38,871 bases of DNA, taken from the IMG/VR virus record IMGVR_UViG_3300020042_012380, positions 1 through 38,871 of that record; one strand, written 5' to 3'. Of this stretch, positions 1 to 11,100 are shown piece after piece. Made by a program: the position numbers and the translations under genes. A model generated the notes under the pieces. That model was not told the origin of the DNA. It saw nothing but the letters and a program-made list of their open reading frames with translations, and did not search any database. Source of the DNA: a virus (taxonomy: Duplodnaviria > Caudoviricetes). The first letter of the stretch is position 1. Every line of letters begins with the position of its first letter.

Positions 1-1
1 A

Positions 2-1471
2 AATCCACTATGTAATGGAGATTGTAATGGATCTATTACAGTAAATCCTACAAATGGTACAGCTCCTTTTAATTATACTTGGATCACTTTGCAAAATACA
101 CCAACAATAAACAATTTATGCGCAGGAAATTATACAGTTACAATTACAGATGCAAATAACTGTACTGTAACAGCAAATACTACATTAATTGATCCCCCTG
201 TTTTAGCAGTACCTTTAATGGTTGCAACTAATCCTGTTTGTTTTGGAGATTGTAACGGTACAGCAACAGCAAATCCAATTAATGGTATTGCTCCATACAC
301 TTATTTATGGGATAATGGACAAACAACCCAAACAGCAATTAATTTATGTGCAGGCGCTTATAATGTTACAGTAACAGATGCAAATGGATGTCCTGCTTCA
401 AATACTATCGCTTTAGTAAACCCACCAATGGTAGTAGTAGGAAGTATTACCTCATTAGATACAATATGTTATTTATCTTCTAATGAAACATATTCAGTAC
501 CTAGTTTAGGTGCAGGATATTCTTATAATTGGTCAAGTGTAGGAAATATTACTTTAGGTCAAGGAACTAATAATATTTTAGTAGATTGGTCAACATCACC
601 CCCAGGATTTATACCAGGAGCTGTTAATGTAGTAGCGATAAATCAATTTGGTTGTACAAGTTTACCACAAGCGGTTGATGTTTATATTTTAAACATTTTA
701 CCCACGATAGATTCGATTGTTTCATTATGTGACTATGCCAATTGTGTAACATTAACTGGAAGTCCTATTGGAGGAATATTTACAGGTAATGGTGTTAATG
801 GAAATTTATTTTGTCCTTCCCCTTCTATTGCAGGTAACAATACAATAACATACACTTATGCACAATCAAATTGTACTTTTGATACTACTTGTTCAATAAC
901 CGTTTATCCTAGACCTTCTATTTCACAAATTCAAAACGATTTAGGAAACTTAACATCTGAATTTATAGAATTGTGTGAAGGAGATAGTATAGGTAGAGTT
1001 TATAGTGCAACTGCTTTAGGTGGAGGTAGCGTAGTATGGATTTTAAACCAAGATAGTATTACAAACCCAACATTACCTATTACATGGAACAATTTTGGAA
1101 CATTTACATTTTCAGCAGTAGCATATGAAAACGGATGTGTATCTTATCCTGTATCATTTGCAACAACTATTCAAAGATGCCCTGAAGAATTAATTTACAT
1201 CCCAAACACATTCACCCCAGATGGAAATGAATACAATCATGTTTGGCAACCTGTATTCATCTCAGGTTTTGATCCTGCTGATTTTTATTTAACAATATAC
1301 AATCGTTGGGGAGAATTAGTATTTAAAAGCTATAACAGTGCAGCTGCTTGGGATGGAACATACAATAATACAGTATGTCAAGACGGAACATATACTTGGG
1401 TCATAGTATACGGAGACAAAAACACAGATAAAGAAACATTAATTAAAGGAAATGTTACCCTTATTAGATAG
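2..1471 (+). CDS. SprB-repeat adhesin-like protein with gliding-motility-associated C-terminal (T9SS type B / CHU_C) sorting domain; 5'-truncated by the window edge
   Basis: Frame is open from base 2 (NPLCNGDCNGSITVNPTNGTAPFNYTW...). SprB-like repeats (C.GDCNG...GxAPYTY.W...NLCAG.Y.VTVTDANGC). C-terminus IYIPNTFTPDG...LTIYNRWGELVF...WDGTYN...DGTYTW...GNVTLIR is the type B CTD signature. Confidence 0.88.
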   Translation, partial: NPLCNGDCNGSITVNPTNGTAPFNYTWITLQNTPTINNLCAGNYTVTITDANNCTVTANTTLIDPPVLAVPLMVATNPVCFGDCNGTATANPINGIAPYTYLWDNGQTTQTAINLCAGAYNVTVTDANGCPASNTIALVNPPMVVVGSITSLDTICYLSSNETYSVPSLGAGYSYNWSSVGNITLGQGTNNILVDWSTSPPGFIPGAVNVVAINQFGCTSLPQAVDVYILNILPTIDSIVSLCDYANCVTLTGSPIGGIFTGNGVNGNLFCPSPSIAGNNTITYTYAQSNCTFDTTCSITVYPRPSISQIQNDLGNLTSEFIELCEGDSIGRVYSATALGGGSVVWILNQDSITNPTLPITWNNFGTFTFSAVAYENGCVSYPVSFATTIQRCPEELIYIPNTFTPDGNEYNHVWQPVFISGFDPADFYLTIYNRWGELVFKSYNSAAAWDGTYNNTVCQDGTYTWVIVYGDKNTDKETLIKGNVTLIR

Positions 1472-1474
1472 TGC

Positions 1475-1486
1475 AATATTTATAAT
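1475..1486 (+). promoter_or_regulatory. Putative late promoter motif AATATTTATAAT
   Basis: Recurrent intergenic ATAT(T/G)TAT(A/G) motif just upstream of virion/lysis genes; ATG at 1490. Confidence 0.6.
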
Positions 1487-1489
1487 AGT

Positions 1490-1861
1490 ATGAAACTGAA
1501 CCATTTACGTACTTTAGTTAAAGAGGAACTTAATAAAAAGTTAAACGAGGAATACCAAGACAAATTCAAAATGGTTGGTATGCTTATAACTAACATTAAA
1601 AAACGCCCTCAAAAAGAAATATTTTCTGATATCCGTTCACTCCCAGGAATTACAATAGCATCTGTAAAAGAACCTATGCCTTATAATGAACAAAACACAG
1701 AAAAATTTCAATCTATAATGACTATTAAAGTAGATGGTCATCCTTGGATTACAAAAGGTGGATTTGATCGTACAAAAATGGAAGATATACGCAAAGAAAT
1801 ATTAAAAGTAGAAGGAGTTTTATCATATAATGTAAATCCTGATAATATTTCTTCTCTTTAA
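1490..1861 (+). CDS. Hypothetical phage protein, possibly virion-associated
   Basis: 123-aa ORF with ATG start behind the late motif; amphipathic N-terminus MKLNHLRTLVKEEL. Confidence 0.7.
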   Translation: MKLNHLRTLVKEELNKKLNEEYQDKFKMVGMLITNIKKRPQKEIFSDIRSLPGITIASVKEPMPYNEQNTEKFQSIMTIKVDGHPWITKGGFDRTKMEDIRKEILKVEGVLSYNVNPDNISSL

Positions 1862-1862
1862 T

Positions 1863-1871
1863 ATATGTATA
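1863..1871 (+). promoter_or_regulatory. Putative late promoter variant ATATGTATA
   Basis: Intergenic variant of the ATAT(T/G)TATA motif upstream of the ORF at 1903. Confidence 0.4.
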
Positions 1872-1902
1872 TAAGACAATAAAGTTATATTAAATAAAAA
1901 CT

Positions 1903-2631
1903 ATGAGTGAATTTAAATTGCCAACTGAAACAGTTGAGTTACCATCTAAAGGCTTACTTTATCCTGAAGATTCTGAATTAGCAAAAGGTACAATTGAAAT
2001 TAAATACATGACTGCTAAGGAAGAAGATATCCTTACAAACCAATCCTATATTAAAAACGGTACTGTTTTAGATAAATTAATGAAATCATTGATTATATCA
2101 AAAATCAACTATGATGATTTATTGATCGGTGATAAAAATGCAATCATGGTTGCATCTCGTATTTTAGGATATGGTGCTGAATATACTTTTAATTATTTGG
2201 GTGAATCACACACAGTAGATTTATCTCAAGTTGAAAATAAACCATTAAAAGAAGAATTGTTTACAAACCATGTAAACGAATTTATTTTTACACTTCCTAA
2301 ATCAGGTAATACAGTCACATTTAAACTCTTAAGTCATAAAGACGAACAAGATATTACACGTGAATTAGAAGGTTTGAAAAAAATTAACAAAGATGCCTCT
2401 CCTGAACTTTCAACACGTTTAAAATATCTAATTCTCTCAGTAGAAGGAAAACGAGATAAAAAAGATATTCGAGAGTTTGTCGACAATTATCTTCTCGCCC
2501 AAGATTCCAGGGCATTAAGAGAATATATTAGAGAGATTCAACCCGATGTTGATCTAACTTTTTTTCCCGACGGAGGTAATGATAGAATCAATATCCCAAT
2601 TGGGATTAGCTTTTTTTGGCCTGACCTATGA
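1903..2631 (+). CDS. Baseplate hub assembly / tail assembly chaperone (T4 gp26-like)
   Basis: LPSKG...IKYMTAKEEDIL...LLIGDKNAIMVASRILGYG pattern and FFWP end; lies two genes upstream of the tape measure gene. Confidence 0.72.
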   Translation: MSEFKLPTETVELPSKGLLYPEDSELAKGTIEIKYMTAKEEDILTNQSYIKNGTVLDKLMKSLIISKINYDDLLIGDKNAIMVASRILGYGAEYTFNYLGESHTVDLSQVENKPLKEELFTNHVNEFIFTLPKSGNTVTFKLLSHKDEQDITRELEGLKKINKDASPELSTRLKYLILSVEGKRDKKDIREFVDNYLLAQDSRALREYIREIQPDVDLTFFPDGGNDRINIPIGISFFWPDL

Positions 2632-2914
2632 AATAGCTCCCCAAGCTAGGGCTGCTATATTTACCCAAATTCACGAAATAGTTTTTCACGGTAAAGGAGG
2701 ATACGATTGGAATACAATCTATAATATGCCTATATGGCTTCGTCGTTTTACCTTTTCAAAAATTCAAGATTTTTATACTGAAGAAAAAGAATCTTTAGAA
2801 AACAAAGGAAAAGGTGGTGGAAGTAAAACAGTAATTAACTCTGATGGTACAATAAAAGCCCCTGAATTACTTCAAAAAGCATTCCAAAACAAAAATATTC
2901 CTAAATATAGCTAA
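2579..2914 (+). CDS. Second tail-chaperone ORF (gp51/gpT-like), possibly expressed as a frameshift fusion with the upstream ORF
   Basis: Overlaps the upstream gene in the +1 frame across two T7 runs; IVFHGKGGYDWNTIYNMPIWLRRF resembles the short chaperone C-terminal domain; directly precedes the tape measure gene. Confidence 0.6.
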   Translation: MIESISQLGLAFFGLTYEIAPQARAAIFTQIHEIVFHGKGGYDWNTIYNMPIWLRRFTFSKIQDFYTEEKESLENKGKGGGSKTVINSDGTIKAPELLQKAFQNKNIPKYS

Positions 2915-2928
2915 AAATGTTGATTTTC

Positions 2929-2940
2929 AATATTTATAAT
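2929..2940 (+). promoter_or_regulatory. Putative late promoter motif AATATTTATAAT
   Basis: Exact copy of the 12-mer upstream of the tape measure GTG start. Confidence 0.6.
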
Positions 2941-2954
2941 AAAATACATTAATA

Positions 2955-5378
2955 GTGGCAGACTTAGATGATTTAAAAAAACAAATTGAAGATCTTAGAA
3001 AACAATATTCTGATCTTACAAAAAAGCCAGCAGCATTATTTAATACAGATAACTTAAAAGATGCTAATGCTGCTATTACTACTTTAAATAAAGCTATTGC
3101 AGACGCTAAAAAAGAAGCAGCTAGTTTAGAAGCAGGATTTGGTGGAATAGATAGTACTATTAAAAGCATTGTTTCTGAATTAAAAAAAGGAAATGATGCT
3201 TCTACATTAGCTACTAAAGCATTTAGAGGGATTCAAAATATTACTGAAAAACTTAAATATGATCAACAAGATATTAGCAAATTAAGTTTAGAACAATTAA
3301 AACGACAAAAGGATAAACTTAAAGAATATCAACAAGAAATTAGAGATCAATCAAAAATAATATCTGAAAAAGTCCAAAGTTTAGTCCTTGATAAAAACGG
3401 AAACCAACTTGCAGGAGCTGCATTACAATCTAGATTAGATAGACTTAAACTTGATAGACAAATTAATGAGTCTGAAGCAGCTATATATATGGCTGCTAAA
3501 GAAAATTTTGCAATTTTTGAAGAAACTAATAGCCTCTTAAATGAAAGGATAAAAAAAGAAGAAAAAATTAACGATACAATTGGCCTTACAGGTAAGTTAA
3601 TGAAAGGAATTTCTAAAATTCCTATAGTTGGTCAATTTATTGATGCTGACAAAGCATTAGAAAAAATGCGAGAAACTGCTGAAAAAACAGGCAGTAAAAT
3701 AGCTGCTTTAGGGGCAGGATTTAAATCTATAGGTGGTGATATAGCAAAGGGGATTATGGATCCTTTGTTTTTAGTTACCCAATTAGTTAAATTGTTTGTA
3801 GATGTAGATAAGCAAGCTGGGGAGTTTGCTAAATCCCAAAACATGAGTTATAAAGACTCATTAAAAATGAGAGAAGAATATGCTTCTATGGCTGCATCTT
3901 CTGGGGACACCGCATTAAATGCTAAAAGGCTCATGGAAACCCAAAGTGCTATTGGAGCAAGTTTAGGAACAAATGCTAAATTAAATGAAGCCGATTTAAA
4001 AACATTTACTAAATTACGTGAACAAGCAGGATTTACTAATGAAGAATTAATTTCAATTCAAAAAGTATCTTTAGTAAACGGAAAAACCCTAGAACAAAAC
4101 ACTTCAGAAATATTAGGAGGTGCTAAAGCATATGCTTCCCGTAATAAACTTGTTGTAAATGAAAAACAAGTATTAAGAGAAGTTTCTAAAGCATCATCTG
4201 CCTTAACATTAAGTTTGGGAGGAAGTTTAAAAGCTGTATCCGAAGCTGTAGTAAAAGCTAAACAATTTGGTTTGACCCTTGAACAGACTGAAAAAATGTC
4301 TGAAAGTTTACTTAATTTTGAACAATCTATTGAAAGTGAATTAAGTGCAGAATTATTAACCGGAAAAGATTTAAATTTTGAACGTGCTAGAGCATTAGCT
4401 TTAAATGGGAAAACCGCTGATGCCGCTGCTGAAATTGCAGCCCAAGTAGGATCAGCTGCTGATTTTGGTAAAATGAATGTTATCCAACAAGATGCTATTG
4501 CAAAATCTATTGGATTAAGTCGAGAAGAACTAGCTAAATCATTAGTAGAAAGAGAAGCATTAACCAAAATCGGTTTTAAAGACGCAGAAGCAGCTAAAGC
4601 AAAATATGATAAGCTTCGTGAAACGATGACTGCTGAAGAAGCAGCTGCTGAATTAGGTGATGAACAATTAGCTAAACAATACGAACAACAATCTAATGCT
4701 GAAAAATTTGCTCAAACTATGGAGCATGTTAAAGAGATCTTTGTTAGTATTGTTGATGGTCCTATGGGTGCTATATTAAATGGGTTAGCTACTATGTTAC
4801 AAAGTACCAAAGTAATCTATGGTATTACTGGACTTTTAGCTGGAATTTATGCTGGAAAATTAGTTGGAGGTATTGTTCAAACTATAGGAAAAATTGTAGC
4901 CATGACAGCTGCTAACACTGCGAATGCTGCTGCAGCTACTGCTGGTGCTACCGCAGTTTCCTTTGGAGCTATCATCCCAGTAATTTTAGGAGCAGTAGGA
5001 GCTGTAATTGGGTTAATAGCATCATTTACAGCAGATGATATGATGTCAGCTCCTCCAGGATACGGTAAACGCACTTTATTAGGACCAGAAGGAGCAATTC
5101 AATTAAACGATAAAGACACAGTTATTGCGGGTACAAACTTATTTGGAAATGATGTTGCCTCTGAACCAGGTAAATCTACCAAAATGGGTGGAAAAGGAGA
5201 AATTAAAGTAAAATCCGAAGGTAATGATATGTCAGCGGTAATATCGGCTATAAATGCTTTAGCTAATAGACCAATAAATGTATCAATTGATGGTAAAAAA
5301 GTAATTGAAGCTACAACAGGTGCTCAACCAAACACTCAAGGAGACGAAAATAGAAAAAATAGTTACAAAATGTCTTAA
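2955..5378 (+). CDS. Tail tape measure protein
   Basis: 807 aa, helical Ala/Lys/Glu-rich coiled coil with a hydrophobic Ala/Gly-rich C-terminal segment; follows the chaperone pair; GTG start. Confidence 0.78.
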   Translation: MADLDDLKKQIEDLRKQYSDLTKKPAALFNTDNLKDANAAITTLNKAIADAKKEAASLEAGFGGIDSTIKSIVSELKKGNDASTLATKAFRGIQNITEKLKYDQQDISKLSLEQLKRQKDKLKEYQQEIRDQSKIISEKVQSLVLDKNGNQLAGAALQSRLDRLKLDRQINESEAAIYMAAKENFAIFEETNSLLNERIKKEEKINDTIGLTGKLMKGISKIPIVGQFIDADKALEKMRETAEKTGSKIAALGAGFKSIGGDIAKGIMDPLFLVTQLVKLFVDVDKQAGEFAKSQNMSYKDSLKMREEYASMAASSGDTALNAKRLMETQSAIGASLGTNAKLNEADLKTFTKLREQAGFTNEELISIQKVSLVNGKTLEQNTSEILGGAKAYASRNKLVVNEKQVLREVSKASSALTLSLGGSLKAVSEAVVKAKQFGLTLEQTEKMSESLLNFEQSIESELSAELLTGKDLNFERARALALNGKTADAAAEIAAQVGSAADFGKMNVIQQDAIAKSIGLSREELAKSLVEREALTKIGFKDAEAAKAKYDKLRETMTAEEAAAELGDEQLAKQYEQQSNAEKFAQTMEHVKEIFVSIVDGPMGAILNGLATMLQSTKVIYGITGLLAGIYAGKLVGGIVQTIGKIVAMTAANTANAAAATAGATAVSFGAIIPVILGAVGAVIGLIASFTADDMMSAPPGYGKRTLLGPEGAIQLNDKDTVIAGTNLFGNDVASEPGKSTKMGGKGEIKVKSEGNDMSAVISAINALANRPINVSIDGKKVIEATTGAQPNTQGDENRKNSYKMS

Positions 5379-5383
5379 CATAT

Positions 5384-5395
5384 AATATTTATAAT
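5384..5395 (+). promoter_or_regulatory. Putative late promoter motif AATATTTATAAT
   Basis: Exact copy of the 12-mer in the intergenic gap before ATG 5409. Confidence 0.6.
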
Positions 5396-5408
5396 AAAAT
5401 AAACAACC

Positions 5409-5705
5409 ATGGGAATCTTAACTAAATTAACAACTCAAGGATCTGCTTTTACAGCATATGATGGAACTACACCCCCAGTAAACCCACTTGCAACTCAGCA
5501 GTCAAAATTACATGTTGACGGAAATCAACCTGGATATTCATTAAACGGTGCTAATGCTAATCAAGTAACAGCAGATTATAATGCTTACCAAGATGGTACA
5601 CCAAACCAAATTCCATTACCTTCATTATTAGATATAAATGGAGTTATAGCTCCTGTATCACCAGGTGGACAAGGTTTACCGTATTTGAACAATTTACCTG
5701 GTTAA
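5409..5705 (+). CDS. Hypothetical virion/tail protein
   Basis: 98-aa Gly/Pro/Asn-rich ORF within the tail module. Confidence 0.65.
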   Translation: MGILTKLTTQGSAFTAYDGTTPPVNPLATQQSKLHVDGNQPGYSLNGANANQVTADYNAYQDGTPNQIPLPSLLDINGVIAPVSPGGQGLPYLNNLPG

Positions 5706-5716
5706 AAAATATTTAA

Positions 5717-7822
5717 ATGGGTCTTTTACTAAAATTAAATAATGGGGATACCCAATTAAAATCACTTAAATTTGGTAATGACAGACCAGGAGGAGGAGAT
5801 AGTGGACAACCTTTTATTCCTCAAAACATACAAGCAGGTGTTCAAAACCCATCCTTTTATAACGATTTTATTGTACGTGGAGGAATTGAAGCTCCCTTAA
5901 GTGCTGCTGAAGATGTAGCTCGTTTAGCAAAATATTTTATAAACATTAAAAACCCTAGCGGGCTTTTATTTACTGCAAAACAAAACCTACTTTCTCGAGT
6001 AGGGACAAAAACAGAGGCTTCTAAAGGTTTAGGTTATGCTGGAGGTGCTTTAAATGAAGGTGCATATACACCATTATCTACATTAGCTGAAGCTGGAATA
6101 GTATGGGCTGGAGGTCATATAAACAAACAAGGTTTAGATCCTACTGGTTTGTTTTCATTTGCTTCTATTAACAAATACCAAGATATTATCTCCCAAAATC
6201 AACTTACTGGGAGAATTGATTTAGAAAATAATAGATTAGTTAGACTTTCTACTTTAATTTCATTAAACGATGGTGAAAATAATTTTGCTTTTGTTAAAGG
6301 ATATAGTTTAAATCCTACACTAGAAAATGATGTATTAATTTCTTATGGAGGCGGACCTGATTCAGTTTTAGGGATAGGAAAAACTAAAATTAAATTTGCA
6401 ACAGGAAACGATGGTGTTCCTTTAAAAACACTAGTACCAAAACCAAAAGATTATTTAGTAGGCACCCCCTCTCGCCCAGATAACCAAGACAAGTTTCAAT
6501 ATCCAACAGGTTCATCTTCAACATATGATGAATATATAAAAAATTTTTCAAGTAATTTTGCTGTAAATAATTTAATTAAAAACGGATTAAATTCATTTCA
6601 ACAAGATTTTATAGTAGATGTTTACGAATCTGGATCTCTTAAAAGCAATAGTAACATAGGGAAAGGTTCTTGGACACAACAAAATTTTGCAAATCAACCT
6701 TTTAATACAGATTCAACAATATCTGAAGATTTTAGACAAATATTAAATCCAACAGAAAATCCTCAATATACTTTTTTAAGTTTAGCTCCAAATTATACAA
6801 CTAAAAATATTGAAGATAATCTTAAATTAGGCAATCCTGGAGCAAAAGGAAACATTTCAAGTTACACAGCAGGTAAAAAAAATACAGTAACAGGAGCTAG
6901 AAACGGAGCCGTAGATAGAGTAAATGCCTCTCCAATATATAAAACAAACACTAAAGATGGATCTAGATATTCTACTGACCCAGATTTAAAAGATATTATT
7001 CCGTTTTTTATAGCTATATTAAATAATGATTCTCAAGTTGGAGGTACATATAAAAAATATATGCACTTTAGAGCATTTATTGACTCGTTTTCTGATTCAT
7101 ATAATGCAGATTGGAAATCTATAGAATATATGGGTAGAGCAGAAAAATTCTACAAATATGGAGGATTTAGTCGAGAAATATCAATGGCATTTACTATTGT
7201 TGCTCAATCAAGAGAAGAAATAACAATTATGTACGATAAGTTAAACTTCCTTGCCTCCTCACTTGCTCCTGAGTATCTTGATAGTTACACATCAGGATAT
7301 ATGGCAGGAAATATTGCATACATTACTTTAGGAGGATATTTAGATGATCAACCAGGAGTTATAACATCATTAACATTTGATGTTCCTGAAGAAGCACCTT
7401 GGGAAATAGGTATAAATGATGCTGGAAATAATTTACCTGCAAAAGATATCAGACAGGTGCCTCATATGATTAAAGTAACGGGTATTAAATTTATTCCAAT
7501 TCATAAATTTAGACCTGAAAAACAATCATTTAGAAATGATAAACTTGGTACAGATAGTACTAGATTATTAAATACAGGTAAACAAAGATATATAGATCAA
7601 CTTCGCCCTGAATCAACTAATTATGATGCTGAAAATTTAAAAACAGAATTAGATGAATTAAACGAAGCTGAAAAAATTGCTTTACTAAACTATGCTAGGC
7701 AAAATATATTATTAGCAAATGCTTCATTCATATCAGTAGATCCAAATCAATCTCAAACCCCATCAGGAATAGAAAATGTTACAAATAACCAAGGTTTAAT
7801 TAATACAATTTCTCAACAATAG
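5717..7822 (+). CDS. Putative baseplate / tail-tube initiator protein
   Basis: 701 aa; C-terminal part FRAFIDSFSDSYNADW..IEYMGRAE.FY.YGGFSREISMAFTI resembles tube-initiator domains of contractile tails; sits between the tape measure and LysM-like genes. Confidence 0.55.
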   Translation: MGLLLKLNNGDTQLKSLKFGNDRPGGGDSGQPFIPQNIQAGVQNPSFYNDFIVRGGIEAPLSAAEDVARLAKYFINIKNPSGLLFTAKQNLLSRVGTKTEASKGLGYAGGALNEGAYTPLSTLAEAGIVWAGGHINKQGLDPTGLFSFASINKYQDIISQNQLTGRIDLENNRLVRLSTLISLNDGENNFAFVKGYSLNPTLENDVLISYGGGPDSVLGIGKTKIKFATGNDGVPLKTLVPKPKDYLVGTPSRPDNQDKFQYPTGSSSTYDEYIKNFSSNFAVNNLIKNGLNSFQQDFIVDVYESGSLKSNSNIGKGSWTQQNFANQPFNTDSTISEDFRQILNPTENPQYTFLSLAPNYTTKNIEDNLKLGNPGAKGNISSYTAGKKNTVTGARNGAVDRVNASPIYKTNTKDGSRYSTDPDLKDIIPFFIAILNNDSQVGGTYKKYMHFRAFIDSFSDSYNADWKSIEYMGRAEKFYKYGGFSREISMAFTIVAQSREEITIMYDKLNFLASSLAPEYLDSYTSGYMAGNIAYITLGGYLDDQPGVITSLTFDVPEEAPWEIGINDAGNNLPAKDIRQVPHMIKVTGIKFIPIHKFRPEKQSFRNDKLGTDSTRLLNTGKQRYIDQLRPESTNYDAENLKTELDELNEAEKIALLNYARQNILLANASFISVDPNQSQTPSGIENVTNNQGLINTISQQ

Positions 7823-7823
7823 T

Positions 7824-8138
7824 ATGAACAGATATAATAGTATCCGTATAGTTAAAACCACTGAAGACCCTAGATTAAGGTATGCTGTGACCAAATATCC
7901 TACAATTTTACTAGGTCCTTTAGATATTTATGTTTTTACAACCCAAGGTGATAGATATGATGTTATGGCACAAAACTATTATAGTGATTCAACTTTATGG
8001 TGGATAATTAATCGTGCAAACCCAAACCAAGACGCAAATTCAATATTTCCTACTGTAGGAGCTCAAATAAGAATTCCTTCTTTTGATAGAGTAGGAACTA
8101 TAATAGCACAATATGAAACATTAAATCAATTAATTTAA
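7824..8138 (+). CDS. LysM-like baseplate wedge protein (T4 gp53 / tail protein X-like)
   Basis: TQGDRYDVMAQNYYSDSTLWWIINRANP...GAQIRIP motif. Confidence 0.75.
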   Translation: MNRYNSIRIVKTTEDPRLRYAVTKYPTILLGPLDIYVFTTQGDRYDVMAQNYYSDSTLWWIINRANPNQDANSIFPTVGAQIRIPSFDRVGTIIAQYETLNQLI

Positions 8139-8145
8139 AAAAGTT

Positions 8146-11100
8146 ATGGCCATTATTGGAGAAAAATTAGAGTCTTATGTTATAGATCAGATAAATGCTA
8201 GACAATTACTCCATGGAAGTGGTGCTGGAACAGCTAATGATGGGTCTCAAGACATTAGGTCTGATCAACAGATTAACCTTTTAAATTCTAATACTTCTTG
8301 GATAAAATTAGCATCTGGAATTTCAGTAGATGCTAGTAGATTAAGAGATATACAAGTAAGTACATCTTATAGTGGAATGGGTTTAGCAAAAAATTACATT
8401 TTGTATGCTGGTGTTTCAAGATTAGAACAAGACGGAACAGATAGATTAATTCAAAGACAAGGTTTTCTTCCTCAAACTCGAAATAGTTCCTATACCTATG
8501 GAACATATGGGTATTCTCCTATGCCTGGTATTTCAAGTGCTGATATAAAAGCATTAAACCGTGGTTCCCTTAAAAAAGCAACAGTTAAACTTACTGCTCA
8601 TAATAAACAACAATTTGATATTATTGATCTCCTTTATTTAAGACTAGGATATACTGTTTTACTCGAATGGGGCAATAGCATATACACTCCAGATGGTGTT
8701 ACTAGGGAAATAGTACGTAATACATTACTTGAAAATACATTTTTTAACATCAACGGGAAAGGATCATATCTAGATATGTTAGGTCCTATTGAACAATATA
8801 GAAAAAAATATGCGGGAAACTATGATGCACTTTTAGGTAAAGTATCTAACTTTAGTTGGGCTTTTCAACCTGATGGATCATATGATATAGAACTTACTAT
8901 AATAAGTTTAGGTGATGTTATTGAATCATTAAAAACTAACATTTCATCCCCTCAAAATTTAACAAAATTTATTGAAGAATCTACCGGAGGCAAAGAAAAC
9001 CCTAGTGAACCATCAGATCAAATTGACATTATAGAAGATAATAAAGATGCTAATGCTATAGCTTCTATGTTATGGACTTGGAAATGGGTTAATAGAACAG
9101 GAGTAAGTGCAGATGCAGAATCAGATCCTCTTTATATTAAATTAGGAGATGGAACAGAATCTTTTGTTGGTGGATTTTTAAACCCTTCCGGAGAAAACAT
9201 TACAGCAAACTTAATAAGTTATAAGTTTTATTATACAGCTTATGAAGATGCACTTTTTGATGGGTATGAAAATCCTATCCGTACTAATTTTCCTGATCTT
9301 TACCCAAAATATGAGTCTACAATTAAAGAATTTGCTAAACCTAAAACAAAAGAACAAGCTGAAGAGTATAGAAAATCTCTTGAAGAAAAATTAGGAGATA
9401 AAAAAACTTTTGAATTTTCTAGAGAAGTTTATAGTAGAGAAGGAATTAAAACTATAAGATATGCTACATATAAAGTAAATGTCCGATTTAAATATGTTAA
9501 AAATTCTGAACGTTCAATTACTACTAATAGCCCTATTGAAGGTTTTGATAATGATGATGCTTTTTGGATTAATACAGAACCAGTCCAATATTATCTTCGA
9601 TTTGGGGCTCTATTAGAATATATAGAAAACGATATTTTACCCAAAATAGACATTAGTGGCACTGATAAACCTCCAATTTTTAATATTGATTTAGACACAT
9701 ATTCTAACTATATGTATTCTTTACCTAATCAAATTTCATTAGACCCAAGAGTTTGTTTAGTAAGAAACGACCATTTTACAAAAGATTCAGGGACTGCAGA
9801 AGTTTTATCTAAATTAAATCCTTTTAGAGCAGAAGATTATGTTAAAGACAATCCAAATTTAAATAAAGCTTACCCTTTTAACATTTATTTAAATTTTGAA
9901 TTTATTATAGAAAGTTTAAATTCAAATGCTGATGAAAGAGGAGATGTTAATATGTACAACTTTTTAAAATCAATATGTGATGGTTTAAATAAATCTTTAG
10001 GTGGTATAAATAATCTAGAACCTATAATTGATGAATCTAATAATACTTTAAGAATTATCGATACTACCCCAATCCCTGGAATTGGACAGAGTACTACAGA
10101 TTATATTCTTCAATTGTATGGATATAGAAAAGCGGGGTCATTATATGATTCTACTTTTGTTAGAAAGGTTGACTTAAAAACATCCATCACCCCAGAATTT
10201 GCTACTATGGTTACAATAGGAGCAACTGCAGGAGGATATGTTAAAGGAACAGAAGCTACAGCGTTTTCAAAATGGAATATTGGGTTAACTGATAGATTTA
10301 AAGAAAAATTTATCCCAGGAAACCCAGAATCACAAAACAAAGAAGGAGAAATAGATGAAGCTGTCGTAAACTATACTGAAAGATTTTTATCACCTAAAAA
10401 ATTCACTTCATGTTATGGGTTTAGTGGAAATCTTATGCAACCTAGCTCAAAACTAAAAATTTCTACAGATGCTATTGAAAATAATTTATCTGTTGTAACA
10501 GAATACTTTAAATATTTAATAGCTTCTAACAAAACTAATTCAGGAGGAACAATTGGGTTTATACCATTTAAAATTTCCTTTACTATGGATGGTATATCGG
10601 GAATAAAGATATACAACAAATTACACGTTGATACTCGTTTTTTACCTAAAGCATATGGTGATAACTTAAACTTAATTGTTACAGGAGTAAATCATAAATT
10701 AGCAAATGATGATTGGGAAACTGATATTGAAGCAACTGTTATTCCTAGAACTGATGGTGGAAGTGATGTAATTATAACAGCTGAAGCTATAAAACAAGAT
10801 ATACAAGAAGTTAAAAATGCTCCATCTAATGGTGAAATAGGATATCCTGTTTCCCCACAAGATTTAAAACTAGTAGAAAAAGCTGGAGGAGTTGCCCCAT
10901 ATATTCTTTTACCAAATGGACAAATTAAAGTTAAAACATGGCCTTCAAATCTTAGACCTGGAGACCCAGGATATAATCCTAAAGCTCGCCATTGGTTTGT
11001 TCCTAACCTAGATTATCCATTAGTAAGTGTAAAAATCCCATCTAAAAATGGAGAAAAGTCTCTTCAAGTTCATAAAGATTTTGCTGCTAAAATAGAAAAG

